Source of the DNA: a virus
IMG/VR virus record: IMGVR_UViG_3300023083_000005
Location: 1 to 56,731 of that record
Length of the DNA: 56,731 bases
Strand: one strand, 5' to 3'
The translations under genes and the position numbers were made by a program. Under the pieces are notes generated by a model that was not told the origin of the DNA, made no database searches, and saw only the letters and a list, made by a program, of their open reading frames with translations. Shown piece after piece: positions 27,761-36,620 of the stretch; the first letter of the stretch is position 1; every line of letters begins with the position of its first letter.

Positions 27761-28233
27761 TTCGATACCTCATTCCGAAAGTACTTCCGCAGTGTGGGGA
27801 AGTGGTTAGAGTCTCTAAGATACACCAAGCTGTGAATGATTGCATCGTTTGCGTCCCGGCTGTCCTCGTGGTCTACCGGTGGCTCCTGCCATAACCCGTG
27901 CGCCCGTAGGATGCTGTCTAAGAGGCCAGCTTTGCCTTTGCGGTCGGGAGTCTGCCAATTGATTTCACCGCGCCACAGAGCCGCCAGAGCGCCTTCTAGG
28001 GGCACTCCTACAAGATCGGGTACGAAGTCCTGACCGGAACGCGCGACGAACTTCTCCGCGACAACCTTGTCTGCCCGTCCGATGCCACCGAATTGTTCAT
28101 ACCATTCGACAAATCCGTCTAGGCCGTTGTGGACTTCCCAGCATGCGCGCAAAGCATATGCCTCCGTGTCGGTGTAGGTCGCTAGCGAAATGCCAGTTGT
28201 CTCACCAAAGTCAAATCCCCAGAGGAAGGTCAC
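27757..28233 (-). CDS. RuvC-like Holliday junction resolvase
   Basis: FLWGFDFGETTG (D-x-G), VVAEKFV (Glu), DSRDANDAIIH (C-terminal acidic/His); GTG start chosen at the GTGA overlap with the upstream small ORF (track start 28266). Confidence 0.7.
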   Translation of the reverse strand: MTFLWGFDFGETTGISLATYTDTEAYALRACWEVHNGLDGFVEWYEQFGGIGRADKVVAEKFVARSGQDFVPDLVGVPLEGALAALWRGEINWQTPDRKGKAGLLDSILRAHGLWQEPPVDHEDSRDANDAIIHSLVYLRDSNHFPTLRKYFRNEVSK

Positions 28234-28394
28234 TGTTCTACCTGTTCTTTCAGTGACTGAACCCACCTCAAGGCATCAGTTACACGAACGTCAGCCCTGT
28301 TGTACAAGACGCTAACCTTCTCAAAGTCATCAAGGGCGGCGTTTAGTTCGTCTTCTGCCTCTTTGAGCTTTTGCTGCACACTACTGACTGCCAT
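28230..28394 (-). CDS. hypothetical coiled-coil protein (54 aa)
   Basis: Hand translation MAVSSVQQKLKEAEDELNAALDDFEK...; fills the gap between track ORFs. Confidence 0.4.
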   Translation of the reverse strand: MAVSSVQQKLKEAEDELNAALDDFEKVSVLYNRADVRVTDALRWVQSLKEQVEQ

Positions 28395-28872
28395 TTTCCT
28401 TTGCCTCTTTCCTTAGTCGCGCTCGCTCTGCTGCTGCGTCACGTAGCGCCTTGTTCTCTGCGGCCCGGTCAGCTTTCCATTGCTTCCATTGCTCATCGGG
28501 CAGCTTATCGTTCCACGAGCCTTTTATCAACTCTCCCATTTCCCGGGCGGAAACAAAGTACCCGGGGAACGTGGTGCCGGGGTTCCACCTGCACAGTTCG
28601 AAGCCGTCGTTGTAGTACGTGACGTTGAGCGTGCGCTTCCTGTCGGGGTGGAATGCATTTATCCACACCTGTTCGACAGTCTTCTCGCCATGCTCTTCAC
28701 CTTCGTTGTCACCCGACTGGTAAACCTCCGGTGGAAAGTAAGCCTTGGAGTACCCCACATACAAAACTGACCACCCGTTGTCAATGAGACTTTGCCGGGT
28801 GGCCTTTACGTTTTTGGTTACCTCATCCTCAGTTGCGGGGCGACCGGGGGTGAGGATTTGCGGTTCACTCAT
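28381..28872 (-). CDS. hypothetical protein (163 aa)
   Basis: ORF track. Confidence 0.65.
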   Translation of the reverse strand: MSEPQILTPGRPATEDEVTKNVKATRQSLIDNGWSVLYVGYSKAYFPPEVYQSGDNEGEEHGEKTVEQVWINAFHPDRKRTLNVTYYNDGFELCRWNPGTTFPGYFVSAREMGELIKGSWNDKLPDEQWKQWKADRAAENKALRDAAAERARLRKEAKENGSQ

Positions 28873-29041
28873 TTTCTATAAATGCTCGGAAGAATCCCCA
28901 GCAATCGGGACACAAGTCCCACTCGTCTTTCCCGCTCATGTGATAGTGAGACAGGGTTGCAAAGCGAAACATTTCACTCGTGTCCTCGGTGGTACGCTGA
29001 CAACGGTCGCACCTGAGTACCGGCTTATCTACTCGGCTCAT
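28865..29041 (-). CDS. zinc-ribbon protein (58 aa)
   Basis: Hand translation MSRVDKPVLRCDRCQ...CPDCWGFFRAFIENE; ATGA overlap with the upstream gene. Confidence 0.5.
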   Translation of the reverse strand: MSRVDKPVLRCDRCQRTTEDTSEMFRFATLSHYHMSGKDEWDLCPDCWGFFRAFIENE

Positions 29042-29442
29042 TTGAATGTAACCCCAATCCCTCGGTCTAGCTTCAAGTTCTTACTCATATTCTCTCGCGC
29101 AATCTGTCTCGGGTCAAGCTCTTTTACGTCCCCACCCAACAACCCTCGCAATTGACCAAGCTGTGTCACTGCCCTCGGGTCAGTCTCGCTAGTCGCGGCC
29201 CACCTCAGGGCGGCTTGCATGGCCCCCGGGTTCTCAGGGTCACGCACCAGAGCGTAGCCGTCCCATGTGATCCACGGGGGCGGTTCTCGCAGCGCAAGAA
29301 TCCTCCCCTCACCTCCGATCACCGCCCCCCTCGGCTTTAGCTGCACGTCCAAATCCAGCGCAGCCTTAGCTTGCTTGACTAGCTCAAGGTCTTCTGGTGC
29401 AAGTGGGTACGGCCAGAGGTTGAGCAGTTTTATGTGAGTCAC
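29038..29442 (-). CDS. hypothetical protein (134 aa)
   Basis: ORF track. Confidence 0.65.
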   Translation of the reverse strand: MTHIKLLNLWPYPLAPEDLELVKQAKAALDLDVQLKPRGAVIGGEGRILALREPPPWITWDGYALVRDPENPGAMQAALRWAATSETDPRAVTQLGQLRGLLGGDVKELDPRQIARENMSKNLKLDRGIGVTFK

Positions 29443-29639
29443 TTGTCAAAAACTTCAATTTCCAGCATGTTCGGAATCCGAACCGTGGTCGTGAAGGTGA
29501 TCACAGTCTTACCCTCTTCGTACCCAACGCTGTCAACCCGCACCTTGTGTGGCTTGAACGATACGTCACGGTACTCGATGACCTTCCCCCGGTCACTAGC
29601 GGTCAGCCCTCGGGCCATAATCTTACGCGGCTTGCTCAT
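29439..29639 (-). CDS. hypothetical protein (66 aa)
   Basis: ORF track; ATGA overlaps on both sides. Confidence 0.6.
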   Translation of the reverse strand: MSKPRKIMARGLTASDRGKVIEYRDVSFKPHKVRVDSVGYEEGKTVITFTTTVRIPNMLEIEVFDK

Positions 29640-29812
29640 TTACTTCCTCCATTTTTTACCTCAGTCAAACAAACTTCCCATTTTCCCCAACGCTCAGAGT
29701 TATAGGCAGCAGCTTGCGCAGCATCCCTCTGACTCCAATGAGACCATGCAATAACATTCCACGGCGATTCGTCATGAACAGGTTTGATACCCCACCAAAG
29801 CTCTTCGGCCAT
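29636..29812 (-). CDS. hypothetical Trp-rich protein (58 aa)
   Basis: Hand translation MAEELWWGIKPVHDESPWNVIAWSHW...; TAATG/ATGA overlaps chain it to its neighbours. Confidence 0.45.
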   Translation of the reverse strand: MAEELWWGIKPVHDESPWNVIAWSHWSQRDAAQAAAYNSERWGKWEVCLTEVKNGGSK

Positions 29813-29955
29813 TACTTGTCCTCCAATTTATCATGCCATTCATTATGTATTTTTACGCTCATCATCCACAGTACAACCCCGCAATCATTGCACATATAAC
29901 GTGGCGTCCATGTTTCCATCTCGGTTTCATCACGCAAATAAGTAAAGCGATCCAT
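29812..29955 (-). CDS. hypothetical protein (47 aa)
   Basis: Hand translation MDRFTYLRDETEMETWTPRYMCNDCGVVLW...; TAATG overlap with the primase stop. Confidence 0.45.
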   Translation of the reverse strand: MDRFTYLRDETEMETWTPRYMCNDCGVVLWMMSVKIHNEWHDKLEDK

Positions 29956-32174
29956 TACTTGTCATCCTTTTTCACGTTCAACTCAATGTACTTGGCTCGA
30001 CCCGTGCCGTCAATCTCGCGGAGGCGACCCTGCGCGTAGAGCGAGTCAAGGTAGCCCTGCACGAACCTCAACTCTATATGCTTGAACCTGCGGATGACAA
30101 GCTCTCGCTTGATACTGCCACCCTTTTCACGCACGAACTCTTCAATCTCGTCGCACGCCCGCTGCCAGTCGCTTGCACTGATCTGGTCAGCCACGATTGT
30201 CAGGTTGGTGATCCAGTCCTCGGCGGCTTCCAGTGACAGCAGGACGTCAGTCAGGTCAATCTGGCTACGTCCGTCTGCCATTGCCATGAGCGAGGCAGCC
30301 TTGCGGATTGTCACGCCCATACGAACCAACGAAGGTTCTAGGATTTCCCAGTTCGCATCCTTTTCGTACTTCTGAATCAGTTCCCACTTTGCATCTTGCA
30401 GTCGCTTACGCGCGTCGGCAGTGATTCGGATGGGCACGCTGTAGCGGCCCGCGTCGCGCTGGATTTTCCTACGCATGTGGTAAAGCTCTGCTGCGAAGCT
30501 GCGTGCGGTCGGGTCGAATACTGGCTGAACCTCTTCTGACTCATCCTTTTCTTCCATTGCGCTGTAGCTCACCTCGCGCGGTTCACCGATTGCCCACTGG
30601 AACCGGGCCAAGAATCCGGTACCGAACAGGTCACGGTTCATAGCCTCAAGCATGGCCTTGGGCGTACCCATCAGGTGCATCAGGAAGTAGGTCTTAGCGG
30701 ATTTTCCACTGGTTTCCTTATTGCCCTTGCGCAACTGGGGTGGCACAACACCGTCGTACAGTTCCGCGAGGTCTTCCAGAAGGCCGGTCGTCCAGTCCTG
30801 ACCTGTCCACGTCTTGAGCGCGCCGTGGGCCTCATCCTTGTTGAAGAATGACACCTTGCCGTCACGCTCGATTAGCTTGTCACCGAGCGCAGAGGGTGAG
30901 GTGTTTCCACCGATGTTGAACCCGCTGTCAGCGCAGAAGATTTCCCTTAGCACAGCCAGCATGAATTTGCGAGCCTGAGATTTACCCGTGGTGGTGTCAC
31001 CGATTGTCATGCTATACATGTTCAAGAACTCACGGCTGTTCTTGCGGGGAATGTACCCTACCTCACACATGGCAGCGGAGAGTACCGTCCATCCGTTGAT
31101 CAAGTCATAGGGCAGGTTCTGTTTCGGCACCCGGTCACCGGCAGCGGCAGCGTAGCGCTTGACAAAATGCATAATGCCTGATATGGCGTAGCGCTCCTTG
31201 TCGGTGAGCAATGACACCCGCTCGACAACGGGGGATTCTGCGGTTACCTCGTCAGGATCGTACGGCTCAATCGCCTGTCCTGTTTCGTACTCCACCTCAG
31301 CCTGTGCCTTGCGAGCTTCCATCACAAGACCGGCCAGCCCGCGCGGGTCGTCTTGGCTCCACTTGCGTGCGGCAGGTGCGTGCCATGCGATTGTCAAGGC
31401 CTCTTCGAACGTCAGGAATTCCCGCATCAGTTCGAGCAGAAGCTTGTAGCGCAGACGTGAACGGTCTTGGTCGGCCTTAGGCTCAGCGAGCGCCAGTTCC
31501 ATTGTGCGGCCCGATATTTTCTCCAGCGCTGTTCCATACTCGGGAAGGCTGTCAGGCGTTTCTACGGTGGGTACAGGGCCAGCGAGGATAGGTACACGGG
31601 TCTTGGCGTCTAGCTCAATGTCGCCGTACGCCTCAAGCAACTCTTCGGCAGTGTACAGTGAGCCATTTGAGTAGCCCTCAACCTTTTCAGGGAAACCGTG
31701 ACCGGTGTTGCTCGTACCGGGAACCCGCATGATTTTGTTGGCGGGAAAGCTGGAAGGGTCAGCGCCTTGGTCGGCGTGCGCAATAGCCATGCGGTGAGAG
31801 ATTTCTGACGCAATGGCGGTGGGCACGATTTCTACCAAGTCCCAGTGGTGTTGCCACCGGCCAGTGGAAGTCTTGACAGTCCACGTAGGCTCAAGGCGGT
31901 AGTTGGAACCTTCGCACGTGTCCGAGTCCATCCATACTGACTGTGTGACCGTGGCGTGTTCTGGCGTACGCTTGTCAGAGTCGTACAGGCTCGTGGTAAT
32001 GCAGACGTCTTTGTCTGCGAACGACTCGATATCTGACAGCAATTTGTCAATGTCATTGGGGTAGCTGTACCACCGGGAAGAATTGTAGGGAGTTGCGCCC
32101 GCATCCTTGCGCCACCACATGCTCATGCGGCCATTAGCGTCACCATAACGTGACTCTACGAATTCCCTGATCAA
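29955..32174 (-). CDS. bifunctional AEP primase-polymerase / P-loop helicase (DUF3987/D5-like)
   Basis: 739 aa; AEP motifs VWMDSD, STGRWQHHW, RVPGTSN; Walker A GDTTTGKS and Walker B-like FFNKDEAHG; TTG start per track. Confidence 0.75.
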   Translation of the reverse strand: MIREFVESRYGDANGRMSMWWRKDAGATPYNSSRWYSYPNDIDKLLSDIESFADKDVCITTSLYDSDKRTPEHATVTQSVWMDSDTCEGSNYRLEPTWTVKTSTGRWQHHWDLVEIVPTAIASEISHRMAIAHADQGADPSSFPANKIMRVPGTSNTGHGFPEKVEGYSNGSLYTAEELLEAYGDIELDAKTRVPILAGPVPTVETPDSLPEYGTALEKISGRTMELALAEPKADQDRSRLRYKLLLELMREFLTFEEALTIAWHAPAARKWSQDDPRGLAGLVMEARKAQAEVEYETGQAIEPYDPDEVTAESPVVERVSLLTDKERYAISGIMHFVKRYAAAAGDRVPKQNLPYDLINGWTVLSAAMCEVGYIPRKNSREFLNMYSMTIGDTTTGKSQARKFMLAVLREIFCADSGFNIGGNTSPSALGDKLIERDGKVSFFNKDEAHGALKTWTGQDWTTGLLEDLAELYDGVVPPQLRKGNKETSGKSAKTYFLMHLMGTPKAMLEAMNRDLFGTGFLARFQWAIGEPREVSYSAMEEKDESEEVQPVFDPTARSFAAELYHMRRKIQRDAGRYSVPIRITADARKRLQDAKWELIQKYEKDANWEILEPSLVRMGVTIRKAASLMAMADGRSQIDLTDVLLSLEAAEDWITNLTIVADQISASDWQRACDEIEEFVREKGGSIKRELVIRRFKHIELRFVQGYLDSLYAQGRLREIDGTGRAKYIELNVKKDDK

Positions 32175-32255
32175 CTGCTCCCCTAACTAGTACCGGTTCT
32201 GAATGCCTGTCGCGGCTTATATCTAGTTGCGTATATTCTTCACGGGGTTTATCTT

Positions 32256-32326
32256 GTGGACTGGCGGGAATCGAACCCACGTCCCTGCCCGACTTAGGGC
32301 CGCTCTTCCGATTGAGCTACAGTCCG
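32256..32326 (-). pseudogene. tRNA-like element / degenerate tRNA (no canonical anticodon arm)
   Basis: Acceptor (6 bp + C1:A72 mismatch), D arm GCTC-AATCGGAA-GAGC and T arm GTGGG-TTCGATT-CCCGC fold normally. The 21-nt central segment GGCCCTAAGTCGGGCAGGGAC gives only 4-bp stems with 6- or 9-nt loops. Confidence 0.55.
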
Positions 32327-32399
32327 GGCCGTCGCCCTTTTACCTATGGCTGGGTGCGCTACCCACTTAGCCTTTCCCTAGACGAAAGGCACCACATTT

Positions 32400-32804
32400 T
32401 TAGAAGCTGGCGTCGGCGCTGTCTGGCGCGAAGCCGTCGCCGGTTGACGCGCTGCTGTCATCCGTAGGCTCGAACACTACCTCGACCGACTCAACAAAGT
32501 CAGTCTGGAGAGAACGCCCCTTGGTGCCGTCTTTCTTGTCGAACTCGCGCTCAAAGAAAGAACCGGTGACCTTGAGAACCTGCCCCTTTTTGATCTTGCC
32601 CAGCCACGCATCCCGCGTGTCGAACTTGAGCGCCACCTGTAGCTTAGTGGTGCCCTTGGGGTCGGACTCCCACTCGTTCGTGTCGCGGTTCTTTACGCGG
32701 CGGTCAGAGTACAGCGGGAACTCCAGAACGGAAAAGCTTGCGCTGATCGTCTTGTCCTCTGCCTCAGCGACGACACGCCCGGTGATTTCACCCTTGATAC
32801 TCAA
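32400..32804 (-). CDS. ssb: single-stranded DNA-binding protein
   Basis: 134 aa OB-fold-like with acidic tail ...PDSADASF; next to recombination genes. Confidence 0.65.
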   Translation of the reverse strand: MSIKGEITGRVVAEAEDKTISASFSVLEFPLYSDRRVKNRDTNEWESDPKGTTKLQVALKFDTRDAWLGKIKKGQVLKVTGSFFEREFDKKDGTKGRSLQTDFVESVEVVFEPTDDSSASTGDGFAPDSADASF

Positions 32805-32855
32805 AATATATCCTCCATACTGTTTGGACTACCTACTCTAGCAGATAGTTCGTGC

Positions 32856-33752
32856 CTAGAAACTGCCGTACTTGCTTGACTCGCGCTCTTTTTCTCGATC
32901 CTTACGCTTCTGCTGGGTTGCAGCCACGCTACGGTAGCCGAGAAATTCCTCAAACCACAAGTCATGATCTTCTGTCACGTCGATCAGGTCGTGCTTGCCC
33001 TCTTGCGTCACCCGTCCGAGGTCATCGAACTCAGGCGCACGCAAGTGAACCAGCTTGAGATTGTCCCACGGGGGCATCGGCTCTTCAACCCACGTCCCCT
33101 CAGGGTATTCCCCCTTGGAGTTGCGAACCGCGTCAGGAACTACCTTGCGCATCACCACGTCACAGTGTACGAGTGCTGCAATTTGCATGCGGTGAGCGTC
33201 CCACACATTTTTGCTGGTCTTCAAATCAATGAATCCAATGAACGTTTCACCGGTCAGTCGGTTCGTGAATTTCCACAGACCGTCAGCGGTACCAGCGTAC
33301 TCATGAGCCAGCGACCAGCACGTGAACTCTGACATGAGGGGTTCAATCTCATACTCTTCGTTCAGCTTGTCCCACTCCAGCATGATCAGGGATTGCTCCC
33401 TGTCCAGTGTCGGGAAGTCCCAACCTCCGGTGTGGATTGACTCGATTGTGTCATGAATACCGGTACCGACAAAGGCACGCTCGTCACGCACCTCACGCCA
33501 GCGGAAACGTGCAGACTTGTACGCGTCCTCAGGGGAGCGGGAACCCAGAAGATTCCAGTTCACCACGCACCACTCAAGCGTCTTGTCAGCGCTCCACTGT
33601 ACTAGAGCGTCCTTAGCCTCCAGCTTGAGGATCGTCGTGACGGACGGTACCACCAGTGGCTTCCCCGTGTCCAGTTTCCTGAACGGGTGCTTGTAGGCGC
33701 GCCCCTTGCCCTCACCTTCGCCAACATACTGTGCTAACTCAGGGCGCGACAC
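32856..33752 (-). CDS. PD-(D/E)XK exonuclease (RecB/Cas4/YqaJ-like)
   Basis: GTGIHDTIE, GTADGLW, FIGFIDLKTSK, HRMQIAALVHC; paired with ERF. Confidence 0.65.
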   Translation of the reverse strand: MSRPELAQYVGEGEGKGRAYKHPFRKLDTGKPLVVPSVTTILKLEAKDALVQWSADKTLEWCVVNWNLLGSRSPEDAYKSARFRWREVRDERAFVGTGIHDTIESIHTGGWDFPTLDREQSLIMLEWDKLNEEYEIEPLMSEFTCWSLAHEYAGTADGLWKFTNRLTGETFIGFIDLKTSKNVWDAHRMQIAALVHCDVVMRKVVPDAVRNSKGEYPEGTWVEEPMPPWDNLKLVHLRAPEFDDLGRVTQEGKHDLIDVTEDHDLWFEEFLGYRSVAATQQKRKDREKERESSKYGSF

Positions 33753-34474
33753 TACTTAGCCTCGGCTGCGTCGGTGAAAGTCTTGATCGCCTCAGCGTAC
33801 TTGACTTCCAGAGCCGCGAGAACCTTGGCAAGGTCAGGCGCAGATTTTGTCCAGACCGCACGCGACTTGCCCGTGATTTCGTCACCGGCAGCGTTGACCT
33901 GCTCGCCAGTGAGAATCTTCGCCTCGGTGATCAGCCACGTGATGCGTGCGCGAGTCTCTTCGATCTTGGCATCCGTTTTTGTCTGCGGCTTGTCAGTCGG
34001 AGCGGCCTTCTGCGCGGGCATCTTTGACAGTTCATCGTCAACAGCCTGTCCGGTCTGCTCAGGCTCAGGCGACTGAGTGGGCAGGGTGAACGTCTGGAGA
34101 AGAGCGATACGGAACGCCACCGACTGTGCTTGTGCCGTGGAACGGTCGCCAAAGTCATCGGCAAGGCCAGCGGTCGTTGCGGAAACGCTCGAACCATCGG
34201 GGGCGTAGAACGTGAACCGGGTGGTAACGGTGGTGGTCTTGACGACACGGTTGCCAATTTCCCGGGGCGTGACGACGTGTTCAACCACCTCGGGTACCAC
34301 GATGACACCATGCTTCTGCATGAGGCCAGCAACGTGGTTCACAACCCCGTCAACGCCACGGAACGGGAAGGGAAGACCCGCCTTGCTGGTCGGCTCAAGG
34401 CCCCCAGCCTCGTGACTGATTGTGCTGATCAGCCCATAAATCTGGGGTGCTTTTTCTGCTGTCGCAGCTACCAT
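33752..34474 (-). CDS. ERF-family single-strand annealing protein
   Basis: LPFPFRGVDGVVNHVAGLMQKHGVIVVPEVV and FGDRSTAQAQSVAFRIALLQTF resemble the ERF core; low-complexity C-terminus. Confidence 0.65.
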   Translation of the reverse strand: MVAATAEKAPQIYGLISTISHEAGGLEPTSKAGLPFPFRGVDGVVNHVAGLMQKHGVIVVPEVVEHVVTPREIGNRVVKTTTVTTRFTFYAPDGSSVSATTAGLADDFGDRSTAQAQSVAFRIALLQTFTLPTQSPEPEQTGQAVDDELSKMPAQKAAPTDKPQTKTDAKIEETRARITWLITEAKILTGEQVNAAGDEITGKSRAVWTKSAPDLAKVLAALEVKYAEAIKTFTDAAEAK

Positions 34475-34609
34475 TTACTTTGCCTCCGTCTGTTTGTCAA
34501 TCCACGCGACTACTGCCAACGCTTCTGCGTACTGTCTTCCATGCGGAATGTTAGGCCAGTCTTTCACACTGGTCAGCACTTCCGCAATAGCGTTTACACG
34601 CTTATCCAT
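34475..34609 (-). CDS. hypothetical protein (44 aa)
   Basis: Internal ATG of track ORF 34475..34723; GGAG upstream. Confidence 0.4.
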   Translation of the reverse strand: MDKRVNAIAEVLTSVKDWPNIPHGRQYAEALAVVAWIDKQTEAK

Positions 34610-35222
34610 AAAGTTTTTCTCCGTTCTTGTAGACCTCGCCACCCCAGACACCATCGGCCTGATTGTCACCCTCGTTGAGCTTGGCCCCGTACGCTGCACA
34701 CTGCTCCAGAATGGGACAGCCATAGCAGAGTTTCATTGCCTGTACTACGGTCGGTGGTCGGTCTTCTGGGTAGTCCATGTACGGCCCGGGGTTGCCCTCG
34801 CATTTTGGCCGCGACCTGTCAACCTCGTCTACCCTATCGACTTGGAAGTTTAGCTCATCACTCAGCTTAGCCGCGTCGGGTTCGAGTTTCAAGTATTGCA
34901 GTGGGTCTTTTTTGGCCATTTCAATACCCGATTCCCTCGCATGACGTTCGGCATAGTGCTGCCGTTTTTCCTCGACTGTCATACTAGCACGTTTTTTGCG
35001 TGACCATTCACGCCAGTAGTCTACGTGCTTCTGTGCATTGTCCTTACGGTACTGTGCGATCTTGTCTTTCGCGCGCTCCCGGTAGGCTGCGTCTGCCGCT
35101 TTCTTGCACTTCCTACAGAACCTGACAGGGGCTGGGGTGCTGCCTTTTTTCCAGCCGGTATTTTCCTCGGTGAACTTGTGGCCCTTAGCGCATCTTTCAA
35201 CCAGTTTTCTTGTGTCTACCAC
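34602..35222 (-). CDS. WhiB-domain protein with N-terminal zinc-ribbon and basic linker
   Basis: C-terminus C-x22-C-x2-C-x5-C (KCEGN...LCYGCPILEQC) followed by GVWGG; N-terminus CAKGH...CRKC; GTG start. Confidence 0.7.
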   Translation of the reverse strand: MVDTRKLVERCAKGHKFTEENTGWKKGSTPAPVRFCRKCKKAADAAYRERAKDKIAQYRKDNAQKHVDYWREWSRKKRASMTVEEKRQHYAERHARESGIEMAKKDPLQYLKLEPDAAKLSDELNFQVDRVDEVDRSRPKCEGNPGPYMDYPEDRPPTVVQAMKLCYGCPILEQCAAYGAKLNEGDNQADGVWGGEVYKNGEKLYG

Positions 35223-35225
35223 AGG

Positions 35226-35321
35226 CTAGTCGTTCGGCGCGTACTGCGGGGTCGGGTTCATTTCTTTCATGATCCGTTCCCATGCTTCGAACTGCTCGCG
35301 TTCGATCTGATCCTTGTCCAT
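35226..35321 (-). CDS. hypothetical small protein (31 aa)
   Basis: AGGAGG RBS then ATG; MDKDQIEREQFEAWERIMKEMNPTPQYAPND. Confidence 0.5.
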   Translation of the reverse strand: MDKDQIEREQFEAWERIMKEMNPTPQYAPND

Positions 35322-35347
35322 TTTTCTACCTCCTAGAATGATTTGCT

Positions 35348-36529
35348 TTATCTAACGATAGGGTACGGCTGTCCCTCTGTCAAGCGTAAAGAACTATTCA
35401 ATGCCGCTTGCACTTCGGACGCTGACACCCCTATGCGGGCCATTGACTCGCCCATAGCAGTAAGGTCAAAAGCCGCGCCCCGATAGTGGTCGCTCCACAT
35501 TTGCGCCTGATTAGTCACAGTGCGGTAAGCCCCGGCAGGTGGGGGAGCGCCCGGTGTCGCAAAGGAAATGTTGTTCCAGCTATGTGTTTCGTCTACTATC
35601 GCCAGACGAGTGGGGTTCACATTTACCCGGTACGTGTCAGGCTCTTCCCTGAGCAACGCAGCTTCCCACTCAGCAAGCCCGGTGCTGGGTTGTACGGGCA
35701 GCGGTTGCACATAAGGAATACCCCGCTGTGCCTGTGAGATTTCTGAGCGCAGGGAGTCCCAGTCGGCGTGACGGCCTCGCGGGTACCAGTCGGGTTGCGT
35801 TTCCATGAGCAACCGCCAGTCCCTGATCGTCGCCAGCATTCTCCGACCGTTAGCCATGAGCAGGTTTTTGCGTGTCACGTAGTTCATGTCATAGATGAGT
35901 TTTCTGAGACTACGCAGGTAAGCGGAAGAAGTCTGGTTCGAGTCCACGTTGAAAGAGCTTGACACCAGCGCGTCAAGAAGCTCGCCCTGATTCACGAGGC
36001 CACGGAACTGTGACACAAACACCACTCTTGACAGCGGAGCGCCAAGCACGGCATCTTCTAGCTGGTCGGTGCGTCGTGCCTTGCCGAACATTTGCTGCAC
36101 ACCAACGCCAAGGTCGGTCGCACGCAGCAGCTTGGTTGCCCCCTGTGTGGCTTTCCACTCAGGGTTTTCCCTGAGAAGCGGGTACGACTCGTGAAACAAG
36201 GCGCGGGTGAACGCATCGGTGCGCCACCCCTCCATTGGTACGCCGATTTTTTCTGCCAGAACTTCGTCACGGACGAAACCCTGAATTCCTACATGGGGGC
36301 GGTTGGTAACGTTCAGGAAATACTTTCGCCCATTTCCCCGGGCAAAAGTGTAGTGGTTGAGGTAACCAGATTTCCAGCTAAAGATATCGCTTCGGACTGT
36401 GCGCCAGCGAGTCCACGGTATACGTGAGCGCGTACCGATTCCGCTGACTGCCTGACGAGTCATGAAAGTAATCGTGTCGTCTTTGATCACGAGAGTTTCA
36501 GTCTCGCTTACGTGTCGTGTCTCTGGCAT
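35348..36529 (-). CDS. hypothetical protein (393 aa)
   Basis: Internal ATG of track ORF 35348..36685, chosen to clear the upstream gene and hairpin. Confidence 0.6.
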   Translation of the reverse strand: MPETRHVSETETLVIKDDTITFMTRQAVSGIGTRSRIPWTRWRTVRSDIFSWKSGYLNHYTFARGNGRKYFLNVTNRPHVGIQGFVRDEVLAEKIGVPMEGWRTDAFTRALFHESYPLLRENPEWKATQGATKLLRATDLGVGVQQMFGKARRTDQLEDAVLGAPLSRVVFVSQFRGLVNQGELLDALVSSSFNVDSNQTSSAYLRSLRKLIYDMNYVTRKNLLMANGRRMLATIRDWRLLMETQPDWYPRGRHADWDSLRSEISQAQRGIPYVQPLPVQPSTGLAEWEAALLREEPDTYRVNVNPTRLAIVDETHSWNNISFATPGAPPPAGAYRTVTNQAQMWSDHYRGAAFDLTAMGESMARIGVSASEVQAALNSSLRLTEGQPYPIVR

Positions 36530-36568
36530 AGTCGTAGTGCCCTCGCTTTCTCTTAGTTCTCTATAGTT

Positions 36569-36604
36569 ACACAGAAGGCCACGCCTTTGCAAGCGTGGCC
36601 CCCG
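36569..36604 (-). terminator. Hairpin terminator-like element after 36621..38402
   Basis: Stem GGCCACGC/GCGTGGCC with 8-nt loop; partial U tract on the minus strand. Confidence 0.45.
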
Positions 36605-36620
36605 TGTTTTCCGTAACTTT

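Noticed and set aside
32256-32326. tRNA-like element as an attP site indicating a temperate lifestyle
   Set aside because: No integrase, excisionase or repressor-like gene is recognisable anywhere in the window. The element contains a complete 5' half as well, not just a tRNA 3' end. It is kept as a finding only as a tRNA-like RNA.
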